Position numbers and translations under genes: made by a program. Positions 41,996 through 51,837 of a stretch of 64,000 bases of DNA are shown here, in pieces (positions within the stretch are counted from its first letter, which is position 1; the number at the start of each line of letters is the position of its first letter). Under the pieces are notes generated by a model. That model was not told where the DNA came from. It did not search any database and saw only the letters and a program-made list of their open reading frames with translations. Source of the stretch: an uncultured Desulfospira sp. GTDB taxonomy: Bacteria > Desulfobacterota > Desulfobacteria > Desulfobacterales > Desulfobacteraceae. Location of the stretch: the NCBI GenBank assembly GCA_963663165.1, contig OY760175.1:5920001-5984000 (forward strand), read 5' to 3'.

Positions 41996-43732
41996 TTAAG
42001 GACATGCACACCCACCGCAAGTGCATTGGATTATCAGTTTCCTGGCGTCTCTTACGGTAATTTTTCCATCTGCGTCCATATCGCATTCAGGACAGGCATC
42101 GGCCGATGCCCTCAGATATTGCCTGAGGATTTGAATATCACTTTTATCCACGGTCCCGTCATCATTCAGATCCCCCTTTAGGGGTGCCATATCGACAACC
42201 GCGAATTTTCCATCATGATCCAGGACAGCCCAGACTGTGTTAGCGGCTGTATCAACGCCATATGAACCCAGGCCGTAACCGGATTCCCAGGGCCCCTGGA
42301 CCAGGCCGGGAGTGCTTTGGGATGCATTGGCGGCCACCGCCCGTTCCCAGGTATTGCCGTTAAATCCTGCCAGCCGGAGCCCGGATTCGTCATCCATCAG
42401 GGTGTCGTCATAGGAGACTTGAAGCACAAAGGTGTCGGTGGGCGTATCCGGGCTGTCTGACATCCCGTTAAGGACAAGGATATCCCCGGCAGGGGTACGG
42501 CCGCTTTCGGCGTCCTCTATAGCGCCGGCGGTCTGCCATCCAAAAGAAACCAGATTGCCCATCTGGCTGGTAACCGGCGTGATTCCTTCATCCGGATCCG
42601 TGGTGACTTCTTCATAGGTTGTATTTGTTCCCTCCAGAATGACCGCTTGGGTTCCGGCAAACCCGTCACCCTCCTGGATTTCACTTCCAAGCTGTGCATA
42701 GGAGCCATTGGCCTGTACCGCATACTGGCTGCCGTTGGTCGAATAAACTGTCCGGTCGACAATGGTCCATTCCGGGGTCCAGACCTCGTTGGGATCCTGG
42801 GGATCGGGATGGGCAGAGGAATAGTGTTCGATGGTGACAAAAGATCCGTCAACGGTTACGATGGTGTAACCAACCTGGTCGTTGATCTGCTTGAAACCAA
42901 CTTCATCGCCGGTGTTGATTTCATATTCAAACCGGTAATATTTTTCAGCGTTGGAGCCGGTGATCAAATGCTGGAGCAAAAAATTTTCGTCTTTAATCGC
43001 CGCAGACCGGCTGTACTGGTGGTCATGGCCGGAAAAATATGCTTCGGCACCGTTGGCTGCCATGCCTTCTATCAGTATCATCCGGTAGGCCGTGGCGTCC
43101 AGAACCCCTTCTCTTGCACGGCCAAAAAGGGGTTCATGGGCAAAGACAAACATGTGATCATTGTCCCCAATTTCAATGGAGAGTATCCAGTTCATCAGGG
43201 CACTGGGGGCGGCACCGTATAAATCTATGGCTACAAATCGGACGTTGTTATAATCAAAGATATAGGAAGCCCCGGGGCCGCGCTGCACGATGGGGTTGTA
43301 TTCACTGCTGCCAGGATCAAGATAGGGGAATTTGCTGTCCCAGATGTCGGTCAGCGCGATGTCTACGTCACCATAAAGGGGATCAGCAATTTGAGTCTCT
43401 TCCTCTGATCCGTCATCATGATTTCCCCTGATGGGGAATACGTCAATTCCGGCATCGTATAGCGGGGCGGCTGTCGTAAGCCACTGGTCGAATTCAGTTG
43501 AACCGCCCTTGTCGGTTAAATCCCCGACATGCATCATCATGTCCACCTGATGAACATTGACCATTCTGTCCACCACAGGCCCCATCAACCGGACCGAAAC
43601 CCCGTTCAGGCTCACGCCTGCGGCCCCGCCTGACTGGGTATCCGCCATAATGCCAAACCGCCATTGGGCACCGGCCTGGGCCGGAAACCACAATCCAAAG
43701 ATACACATAAAAACAATGAACAATTTTTTCAT
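41996..43732 (-). CDS. Secreted metallophosphoesterase with C-terminal dockerin-like domain
   Basis: Signal peptide; ADTQ, GDLTD, GNHD, GHDHQY motifs; tail GDLNDDGTVDKSD...DMDADGKITVRDAR. Confidence 0.88.
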   Translation of the reverse strand: MKKLFIVFMCIFGLWFPAQAGAQWRFGIMADTQSGGAAGVSLNGVSVRLMGPVVDRMVNVHQVDMMMHVGDLTDKGGSTEFDQWLTTAAPLYDAGIDVFPIRGNHDDGSEEETQIADPLYGDVDIALTDIWDSKFPYLDPGSSEYNPIVQRGPGASYIFDYNNVRFVAIDLYGAAPSALMNWILSIEIGDNDHMFVFAHEPLFGRAREGVLDATAYRMILIEGMAANGAEAYFSGHDHQYSRSAAIKDENFLLQHLITGSNAEKYYRFEYEINTGDEVGFKQINDQVGYTIVTVDGSFVTIEHYSSAHPDPQDPNEVWTPEWTIVDRTVYSTNGSQYAVQANGSYAQLGSEIQEGDGFAGTQAVILEGTNTTYEEVTTDPDEGITPVTSQMGNLVSFGWQTAGAIEDAESGRTPAGDILVLNGMSDSPDTPTDTFVLQVSYDDTLMDDESGLRLAGFNGNTWERAVAANASQSTPGLVQGPWESGYGLGSYGVDTAANTVWAVLDHDGKFAVVDMAPLKGDLNDDGTVDKSDIQILRQYLRASADACPECDMDADGKITVRDARKLIIQCTCGGCACP

Positions 43733-43787
43733 TTGTCCCTCCTCAATTTAATATTAATATTTTCGTTTAAAATTGAATAATCGATAT

Positions 43788-43818
43788 GCGTTAGTCCCGA
43801 ATTAGAAAATCATTAAAA
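43788..43818 (-). promoter_or_regulatory. 7-4-7 direct-repeat box (Pho-box-like architecture)
   Basis: TTTTAAT-GATT-TTCTAAT-N7-TA; nearly identical to 51838-51868. Confidence 0.55.
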
Positions 43819-43978
43819 GAATGATATAACGGACAATGGAGGATGCTTTGAGGGATCACATATTTTCGGTGCGCCTGTCTGTAAGAACAGATGGCTCAAC
43901 ACGGGGGAAACCATCAGGTTCTCCAAAGGAAATTTTATTTTTAAAACAACTCATATTCCTTACATCAATCTAGTATTT

Positions 43979-44007
43979 TTCTATCTGGATTCAAATTAAT
44001 TTCTAAC
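43979..44007 (+). promoter_or_regulatory. Triple 11-bp-period repeat box upstream of the PEP-CTERM/5'-nucleotidase operon
   Basis: TTCTATC-TGGA-TTCAAAT-TAAT-TTCTAAC. Confidence 0.4.
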
Positions 44008-44290
44008 CGCCGACATATACATTTTTACCTGATCATCTTTAATTTGAAGACAGCAGCCATTAAGATACCGATATTATTGGTTCGAAACCGGGAACGGATT
44101 AATATCCACTTCCTTAACCTGCCATGAAAGCCATAATGTATTCTGCATTAAGCTTTTGTTATAAAACAAAATATTTTAATAAAGGGGGTGGTATTCCACA
44201 TTTATATTAACCAAATCCTTCCCAAAGTCCGGGAAGTTGTTTTTAAACCGTTCAAGTTTATATTTTTATTTATTCTAAGGAGAGTTTATC

Positions 44291-44812
44291 ATGAAAAAAT
44301 TTAAGATTGTCCATGTATTACTGTTTGTATTCCTTATGGGTTTGATTTCCTCAACTTCCGCATCTGCAGCAAGTATTTCTTACTCGTTTACCGATCTGGG
44401 AGACCAGCAATGGCAGATTGACTATCAGCTGACGGATTTTAATTCAGATGTCTATGACGGGGTTACCATTTATTTTGATTACAGCCTCTATGGGTCCATT
44501 GGTCTGACCAGCTATGACGAAGAGGCCTGGGATATTTTGGTTGTTCAGTCGGAGGAGGATATCCTGGGTGTCAGCGACGATGGATACGTTGATGTGCAAC
44601 CACTGAACCATGGCGGTATACTGACCGGAACCTTTTCCGTTACGGTAACCCTGCTCTCAGATGAACAACCCGGTTCCCAGGGATTTGAATTGTATAACGA
44701 AAACAACTGGGATGAGGTTGCCACCGGCACAACCTCTCCGGTGCCTGTCCCCGGTGCCCTGAGCCTTTTGATGGCCGGTCTTTGCGTCCTGGCCATGGGC
44801 AAAAGAAACTAA
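44291..44812 (+). CDS. Small secreted beta-rich protein with PEP-CTERM/VPLPA-type sorting signal
   Basis: Signal peptide; C-terminal PVPVPGA + TM helix + basic KR tail; AAGGAG RBS. Confidence 0.88.
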   Translation: MKKFKIVHVLLFVFLMGLISSTSASAASISYSFTDLGDQQWQIDYQLTDFNSDVYDGVTIYFDYSLYGSIGLTSYDEEAWDILVVQSEEDILGVSDDGYVDVQPLNHGGILTGTFSVTVTLLSDEQPGSQGFELYNENNWDEVATGTTSPVPVPGALSLLMAGLCVLAMGKRN

Positions 44813-44836
44813 TTCACAATTTTAAGGAGAAACATC

Positions 44837-46996
44837 ATGAAAAAAAATATTGTTTATCTTCTGATTGTCCTTTTGAGCTTAACGTTTGGGGCCTCCATTG
44901 CCGCTGCGGATTTTTCCATTGAAAATTATACCCTGCAGAGCAAAAAACGGGTAAGCCGGACCGAATTTCTTTATACCTTTAAAGCAGATATTGTCAATTC
45001 CGGAGAAAACGCTGGCGGCGTAACCGCCACCCTTTCCAGCAGCGTTTCGAGCACCGTTGTTGTAGACGGCGAACTGGCCTTTGGCGATATTCAGGGCGGC
45101 CAGACCGCACAAAGCGAAGATACCTTCAGCATTCGCCAGAACCGCAGGGTTGCCTTTGATGCGTCCGCCCTTGCCTGGACATTTAATCAGACCAGCGACC
45201 ATATCCCGGTTGTGGTTAAACTCATCCACACCAACGACCATCATTCTCATCTGGACAGCTCCACCTATGAACTGACCCTTAACGGCACCGCCACCCAGGT
45301 GGAAATGGGCGGGTTTGCAAGCCTTGCCACCATTATCCAGGAAGAACGCAATGACAACAGCATCGTGGTCAACAACGGTGAACTTAACGGTACCCTGTAT
45401 TTTTCTCTTTTCAAGGGAGTTCCCGACTTCGAGGTGTTTAATCTGCTTGGCCTTGACGGATATGCTTTGGGCAACCACGAATTTGATGAAGGGGATGAGG
45501 GCCTGGCCGATTTGATCAAGATTGCCAACTTCCCCATTCTTTCCGCCAACATCGCCCCCCAGGAAGAAAGCCCCCTTTATGAAGTCAAAGACCGGATTCT
45601 GCCCTATGTCATCAAGGAAATTGACGGGGAACAGGTCGGTGTGATCGGCCTGCTCAAGGTCGAAAAGACCAAAAACTCCTCTCTTGTTTCCGATTATGTC
45701 ACCTTTACCGATGAAATTGAAGCGGCCAACAATGCGGTTGCCGAACTGCAGGCACAGGGAATCAACAAGATCATCATGGTTTCCCATGTGGGATATTACA
45801 ATGACATCCTTCTTGCCAAAAACATCCCCGGCCTTGACGTGATCGTGGGCGGTGACACCCACTCGCTTTTGGGGGATCAGACCGACCTTGAGGCCATCGG
45901 CCTGAGCCAGGATTATGATGGCCAGACCGGCCCCTTTGACGGGTATACCCATGACGGCATTGAAGAAGAAGAAACCCTGGGCGAATACCCCACCACCGTC
46001 ACCGGTGCTGACGGGAACCCTGTTCACGTGGTCCAGGCCTGGTGCTATGCCTATGGCGTTGGAATCCTGAACATTGAGTTTGATGCCGATGGTGCTGCCA
46101 CTGCTGCCCAGGGCAACATCCACATCCCTGTGGCAGGCCCCTTTCTCCAGAAAGATGAAGAATCCAACAGCATGGTGGAAGTTTCCGATGAGGTCAATAC
46201 CCAGTTGCTGGCCGCCATTGCTGCGTCCCCCATCCTGACCGAGGGTGAGGTGGACTCACAAGTGGATGCCCTTTTGGCCCCCTACCGCGTGGATATGGAA
46301 GAGTCCATGAATACGGTGATCGGTTACATTTCCGTAACCATGCCTTATACCAGAATCCCCACGGCATTTGCCCAGGGTGAAACCCCCACGGGCAGTTATG
46401 CTGCCCAGGTGGTCAGCAATGCTTTTAAAAGCACCAACCCCGGAATTGACTTTGCCATTCAGAATGCCGGCGGTGTGAGAACCCAGCTTCTTCAAGGCGA
46501 ATTTACGGTTGCCGAAGCCCTGGAGTGCCTGCCCTTTTCCAACACCGTTGTCACCATCGAAATGACCGGTGCTGAAATCCGCCAGGTCCTCAATGAAGCG
46601 GCCTGGTATTCTCTGACCTCCGGTTCCACCGGTTCATTTCCCTATTCATCCGGGCTGCGGTACGATGTAAATATAAGCAATGCAGATGCCGATAAGACCG
46701 CAGAAGAGTGCGGGGTCATCTACAACATTGAAATGCTGGATGAAGAAACCGGCACCTGGGTTGCGCTGGATGAAACCCAAAGCTATACCGTTGCCACCAA
46801 TTCATTTACAGCCCTGGGCAAGGACAATTACCTGACCTTTAAAACGGTTCGGGATGCTGACCCCACAAAGTTTGAAGATACTTATATCAACTACTACCTG
46901 CCCCTTAAAGAGTACATTGAGGAGCTGCCCAACCAGACACTGCCCGCACTTGATAAAGACTCATACTGCCTGAAGTCCGTCATCGATGAAGACTAA
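44837..46996 (+). CDS. Secreted 5'-nucleotidase (UshA/NadN family) with an extra N-terminal ~95 aa beta domain
   Basis: HTNDHHSH, GNHEFD, SHVG, GGDTH, QNAGGVR, LPFSN motifs; signal peptide. Confidence 0.9.
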   Translation: MKKNIVYLLIVLLSLTFGASIAAADFSIENYTLQSKKRVSRTEFLYTFKADIVNSGENAGGVTATLSSSVSSTVVVDGELAFGDIQGGQTAQSEDTFSIRQNRRVAFDASALAWTFNQTSDHIPVVVKLIHTNDHHSHLDSSTYELTLNGTATQVEMGGFASLATIIQEERNDNSIVVNNGELNGTLYFSLFKGVPDFEVFNLLGLDGYALGNHEFDEGDEGLADLIKIANFPILSANIAPQEESPLYEVKDRILPYVIKEIDGEQVGVIGLLKVEKTKNSSLVSDYVTFTDEIEAANNAVAELQAQGINKIIMVSHVGYYNDILLAKNIPGLDVIVGGDTHSLLGDQTDLEAIGLSQDYDGQTGPFDGYTHDGIEEEETLGEYPTTVTGADGNPVHVVQAWCYAYGVGILNIEFDADGAATAAQGNIHIPVAGPFLQKDEESNSMVEVSDEVNTQLLAAIAASPILTEGEVDSQVDALLAPYRVDMEESMNTVIGYISVTMPYTRIPTAFAQGETPTGSYAAQVVSNAFKSTNPGIDFAIQNAGGVRTQLLQGEFTVAEALECLPFSNTVVTIEMTGAEIRQVLNEAAWYSLTSGSTGSFPYSSGLRYDVNISNADADKTAEECGVIYNIEMLDEETGTWVALDETQSYTVATNSFTALGKDNYLTFKTVRDADPTKFEDTYINYYLPLKEYIEELPNQTLPALDKDSYCLKSVIDED

Positions 46997-47031
46997 GGGT
47001 ACTTGAAAGAAAAAGTCTTTAATTTTTAATT

Positions 47032-47080
47032 AGCAAAGGAGCAGGGGGGACATTGTCCTTTCTGCTCCTTTGCTTTTTTT
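47032..47080 (+). terminator. Intrinsic terminator
   Basis: agcaaaggagcag...ctgctcctttgct followed by T-run. Confidence 0.75.
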
Positions 47081-47087
47081 CCTTAAC

Positions 47088-47154
47088 AAGTGGTGTCAAC
47101 CCTTTATTATTGTATCATAATCGGTATTCCAATAATCACGGGTTGACACCACTT
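47088..47154. repeat. Perfect 15 bp inverted repeat, 37 bp spacer
   Basis: aagtggtgtcaaccc ... gggttgacaccactt. Confidence 0.75.
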
Positions 47155-47252
47155 TCCCCTATCTTTATGCCACTCGGCTTAAAAAAAATATCCCGGGCCA
47201 GACGGCCCGGGATAAGGAATCCATTAAATTTTCGGAATCGGGAATTTAAAGC

Positions 47253-47774
47253 TTAGGCGTCTTTTCTGGCCAGTCCGGCCAGGCCCAGCATACCCAAACC
47301 CAGAAGAACAATAGCCGAAGGAACAGGAACCGCTTCTACACTCAGGTCTTGATGATCAATGCTGAAGGCAGCGGTCCCGTTATCAATGGCGGTAAAAGAC
47401 AAGGTTGCCAGGGTAAAGGAATCTGGCTGGGATGCCAGCAGCTCGGAAGCGGACAGGTAGGATATCACACAAAGATTGACAAGGCCGTCCACGTATTCTC
47501 CTTCACTATAGTCATCGGCTTCAAAATCATCAATGCTTCCAAGCCAGTCAGAAAGCGTGTAATCGCCAAATGCAAGAACGCCGGAATCAAAGGCAACATC
47601 AATGTCAAAACCCCCCAGGATGGTGGTGCCGTCAAGCCCTGAGATAACCAGGTCCAGCGTAATTACATCGTCTGTAGAAACGGTTGCAGAATCAATGGAA
47701 AGAGACAAAGTGGCGGCCTGGGCGGAAACCGCTAAAACCAGGAAAGCAATGGTGGTTAACATAAATTTTTTCAT
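47253..47774 (-). CDS. Cohesin-like domain protein with PEP-CTERM/VPLPA-type sorting signal
   Basis: Signal peptide; V...D.ITLDLVISG....LGGFDIDVAFDSGVL.F ... LATLSFTAI..G cohesin pattern; AVPVPSA + TM + RK. Confidence 0.8.
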   Translation of the reverse strand: MKKFMLTTIAFLVLAVSAQAATLSLSIDSATVSTDDVITLDLVISGLDGTTILGGFDIDVAFDSGVLAFGDYTLSDWLGSIDDFEADDYSEGEYVDGLVNLCVISYLSASELLASQPDSFTLATLSFTAIDNGTAAFSIDHQDLSVEAVPVPSAIVLLGLGMLGLAGLARKDA

Positions 47775-47870
47775 GGGACTTCTCCTTTTTTAATTTTTTT
47801 TCATGGGTCCTCTCTTCATCACTTGAAGAGTGAATTTTACAGTTTATAATATCCGGGCTTTATGATCCCC

Positions 47871-47901
47871 GTAATAGCCGAATGTTATAATTTGGTTTGA
47901 T
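47871..47901 (-). promoter_or_regulatory. 7-4-7 direct-repeat box upstream of the cohesin gene
   Basis: ATCAAAC-CAAA-TTATAAC-N7-TATTAC. Confidence 0.4.
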
Positions 47902-47906
47902 TTGTA

Positions 47907-47936
47907 TTCAAGGTCCCGGATGGCCGGGACCTTGAA
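47907..47936 (-). terminator. Hairpin after the tandem phosphatase gene
   Basis: ttcaaggtcccgg-atgg-ccgggaccttgaa. Confidence 0.65.
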
Positions 47937-47973
47937 TTTTCAATGGGTTATCTTAACCGTTCCGGTGCGGCTG

Positions 47974-50900
47974 TTAATCCAGCTGAAACTGGTCCATGAT
48001 ATAGACATCAGTATCCGGATCATCCGTATCATAGGCATAGGTGGTCACCGTACCGTCTTCCGTGTTCAAAATGGTGAAGGCCGTTACCGTGTTGCTTGAA
48101 AGATAGGGCAGGTAACCCAGCGCATCTTCCTGGGGTGCAACATTGGGCGTAATCGGTTCAAGGCCGTAAGGGTCATCATACGCATCATAATCATCGGCAT
48201 TCCAAGGAGAACCCGGTGTCCCGGAACGGGAAGACCGGCCGGTAACGTAAGAACCATAGGAATTTCCAACATTGGAGGTTTCCAGGTAGTTCACGCCGGT
48301 AGCGCCCTTGAAGCGGTTCCAGACATGGTCATGGCCATTAAATACCAGGTCCACCCCGGCCTCTTCGAGCAGGGGCTCGATATCCCGGATCAGGTGGCTG
48401 CCGCTTTTGGGGTACTCATACCGGATGCTGGTGATATTGCCGTCATCATCGGTTTCCACTGTCCGCACAGGGTCTGTAAATGCGGGAACAATATTGTCTC
48501 CCAGGCTGTGCAGGGGATGATGAAGCATCACAATCGTATATTTGGCCGCCTTGAATTCATCACTGGCCAGTTCATTTTTAAGCCATTCATACTGATCGGA
48601 ACCTTCTTTGATGGGCTCAAAAATGTGGCGGCCCCAGCCTTGTTCCATCTGATCATCATAGTTGGAAGATGACTCGACATAGGTGCTGGTACCGGTGGCA
48701 ACCGTGCTTTTCCCCCGCCAGATACGAGTGACATACAATGAAATCAACCGTACATCCCCAAAGGTAACCGCGTAATATTTTTCATTGCCTTTGTCGTTTT
48801 CAGGCAGGGTGAAGATCTCCTGGTAGGTATCGGTATTAAAGGTATTGTCTTTTATCCACGCTTCCTTAACGGCTTCACTGCCGGAGGGGTTCACTGTGTC
48901 CGCCACGGTTTCATAAGCTGCTTGCGCCACTGCCACAGGTTTGGGGTCGTTGAACTGGGTGCTTAAGCTATTGCCGTTTTTGACCCGGCCCATGACTTCA
49001 TGGTTTCCGATTACAGGATAAATCGGGGCATTCTGAATGATCTTGCCGCCTTTATAGGTGGTGGTGAATCCGTTGGATTCCAGGGTCCGGGCCGCGGTTC
49101 CCTGAAGACCCGGGAAAAATGCGCCGCCCACAGTGTTGTCAAACCACTCTGACGCCCGGTCAGGGACGTTGACCAGGTCACCGGCAAAAAATACCGCATC
49201 CACGGTACCAAACATCTCTTCTACTTTCTGCATGTTGGCTGGGGTCATGGGTTTGGACTGATGATCAGAGGTCAGAAGGATCAGGTTGGATGTGCCGGTT
49301 GCCGGTTTGGGGGTCATGGTGTACCCGTCACTGACAATCATGGCACCGCAGTCATTAAAACTAATGACCGCATAGGGAACACGCACGCCTTGTACAAGCC
49401 CTGCGGCGACAGCTTCATGCCGCCAGATTTGCCGGTCCGTCACATCGGTATAGGTCTTATCCGGCACGCTGGAGCTTGCATCCTCCCGGGTCCGGCTCAG
49501 CGCCATGGTCTGGGCACTGGCAATCTGAATATCGGCATGGTCCGCAGCAAACGCCTGAATATCAGACCAGTCCAGATCCTCTTGAACCAAAAGCGCCTCT
49601 AAGCCGTTTCCGTAAATCAGGGCATGATCGTCACCCTCATATTCCGTAAACCAGACAACATTAACGGAATTTTCAGAAGGGAGCTGCAAAAAGGGCTGTG
49701 TCAGCAGTTCAGCATTTTCACAGCACTTTTTCAGAGTACAGTTTGTAACCACAATTCTGGCATCCCGGGTATTAATTTTGCCATCCCCATTCAGGTCATA
49801 AAGGGGATAATCTTCTGCAGACTGGCGCAGGTACTGGCGAATGAGGGCCACATCATCACAATCCGTGTCCCCGTCGTCATCCAGATCCGTTACACTGCGG
49901 GTCAGGACGGTTACATCATCATAGGTTCTTCTCTCATACATGGGCAGGCCATTTTCATCCCGCCGTACATCCCCGTTTTCGTCCATAAGGGGAAACACAT
50001 AGACCGGGGTGAGTTGGGCCTGCCATTCGCCATTTTCCAGGTGAACGTTGACTTCCAGGTGACCGTAATGTTTTCCACCGTCAACCAGCTGGCTGCCGGA
50101 CCAGGTTTCAGGGGCGTTCAGATGGGCCAGAAACACCTGGTGATCATTGTTGCTGGGCAGGTCATATAATCCATCTTCGCCCATGTAAGGTCCGCGCAGG
50201 CCGTCGCCGCCAATGCCCACATCGAAAAAGTGGATGCCCTCCACCAGGGAATGTTCATACATCTCGTCGTGGCCATTAAACACGGCATCCACGCCATAGG
50301 TTTTAAACAAAGCGGTCAGTGTCCGCATGGGCACGCCGGACTGGGTATCCTCTCCGCCGCTCTGGCCGGCACTGCCGGCTTTAAATCCGTGGGGGCCTAC
50401 AGAGTAGGGGGAGTGGTGGAACTGGACAAAGATAAAGCGGCTGGTCTCTTTGGCGTCTGCCAGCTGGGCCTCAAGCCAGGTGTACTGGTCGGAACCGGGG
50501 TTGAAGTCCGGGGCCTCGCCCTCGCCCCAGGCTTCGTTATCCTCTGAAGACTCACCTTGGCCCAGCAGGTACCAGTTGGTGTCCTGTCCGGTTTTGTTGG
50601 GGCTGCCGTTGCTGGAATCAATGGTAATATAGGTGATGGGGCCGTAATCTACACGGTAGTAACGTCCCTGGAGTTCTGCCTTGCCGGAGCTGTTGTCCGG
50701 GGTTGAAAAATAGGTGCGGTACCGGGCCATGGCCTCTTTGGCCAGGGGCGTGGTGTAGGAACCGCCGCCACCGTCGCCGCCGGCATGGTTCTCATGATTT
50801 CCCACGGCAGGCAGGATGGGCACATGTCCTGCAATGTCATTGTAAGAACCGGCATTATGGCGCCAGAATTCGTCCCAGTCCCGCTGCTCGTTGCCGGCTT

Positions 50901-51473
50901 CCACAATGTCACCGGCAATGGCAATGAAATCAGGGTTTCTGTCTTCCATGGTCTGGATATTGATCTTATACCCGTCGGTCTGGTCCAGCCAGTACTGGCG
51001 GTCGTAATCTCCGTAAGGCTCGGAGCAGCGCCGGGTTTTACCGGTGGATTCGGGTTCGGTTTCCGAATCGGCATATACTATGAACCGGACATCTCCGTCT
51101 GCCAACGGTGCGGTTTTCATGGTGCTGCTGTAGGTTGAGTCCCCCTGGGTCACCGTATAGGTGTAGGTGGTTCCGGCGCTCAGCCCTTCAACAACAACCC
51201 GGTGCAGGTACGGGGCACCCGGATCAGTACCGCCATAATATTTGTAATCTCAGTGGAATAATAGGCCAGATCCGAAGCCAGTACCGGGGCGCTGGAAAAG
51301 GTTCCCACCCCCTGAACGGTGATTGACCCGGCCTGGCTGGATTCAGACAGCCAGGTTACGGTCATGGCATCTGTCTTGGGATTCTGAAGATAGGGGGTGA
51401 CCCGGAAATCTTCAGCCCAGCAGACAGAGGCGGTGATTAAGGCGACAATAAGAACAACAAAAAGCTTTCTCAT
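47974..51473 (-). CDS. Secreted tandem purple-acid-phosphatase-like protein with internal dockerin; 1-nt frameshift near 51241
   Basis: Signal peptide + FN3/PAP-N (51473-), two catalytic sets (ADSE/GDIVE/GNHE/GHDE and SDHQ/GDLVN/GNHE/GHDH), dockerin at ~49715-49887. Adding one A in ACA-AA-TAT joins ORF 51180-51473 to ORF 47974-51153. Confidence 0.85.
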
Positions 51474-51495
51474 AATATTTTCTCTCTCTTTTTTT

Positions 51496-51575
51496 GTGAA
51501 AGTCTCACTAACATCTTGAGAAGACGTTCATTTTTTGTTGTGGACGGTTCTTGGTTGGATAATTCAAGCTGTCCG
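51496..51575 (-). repeat. Two-hairpin ~80 nt element, copy 3 (5' of the tandem phosphatase)
   Basis: gtgaaagtctcactaacatcttgagaagacgttcat + ggacggttcttggttggataattcaagctgtccg. Confidence 0.8.
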
Positions 51576-51837
51576 TGACGGTTTATAAAAATGGAATCAT
51601 CCGCTGTTGTTTGCCCTGGAACGGCCAGATCCATTCCGGGCTTGATGGCACAGCGGCAGGCCATAACACATGTAAAATTTACAAATGGGGTTTTAAGCGG
51701 GGTAAAAAGAAACAACAAACTTAAATTTTTTAGCCTACCACCTCCTTTCACTAATGATCAGCAGGATAGGAACTCCTCCTTATTTTTCTTAAAAGCGAGC
51801 CGTACGAAGATCGACCTTTATTTTTTTTACAGGACAA

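Noticed and set aside
44879..46123. 414 aa antisense ORF (likewise 28031-28972, 3168-3758, 6553-7119 and others)
   Set aside because: Shadow ORFs opposite well-supported genes; no motifs or RBS; expected from codon bias.
41996..51473. True cellulosome / polysaccharide degradation locus
   Set aside because: No glycoside hydrolase or multi-cohesin scaffoldin; all catalytic domains are phosphoesterases.
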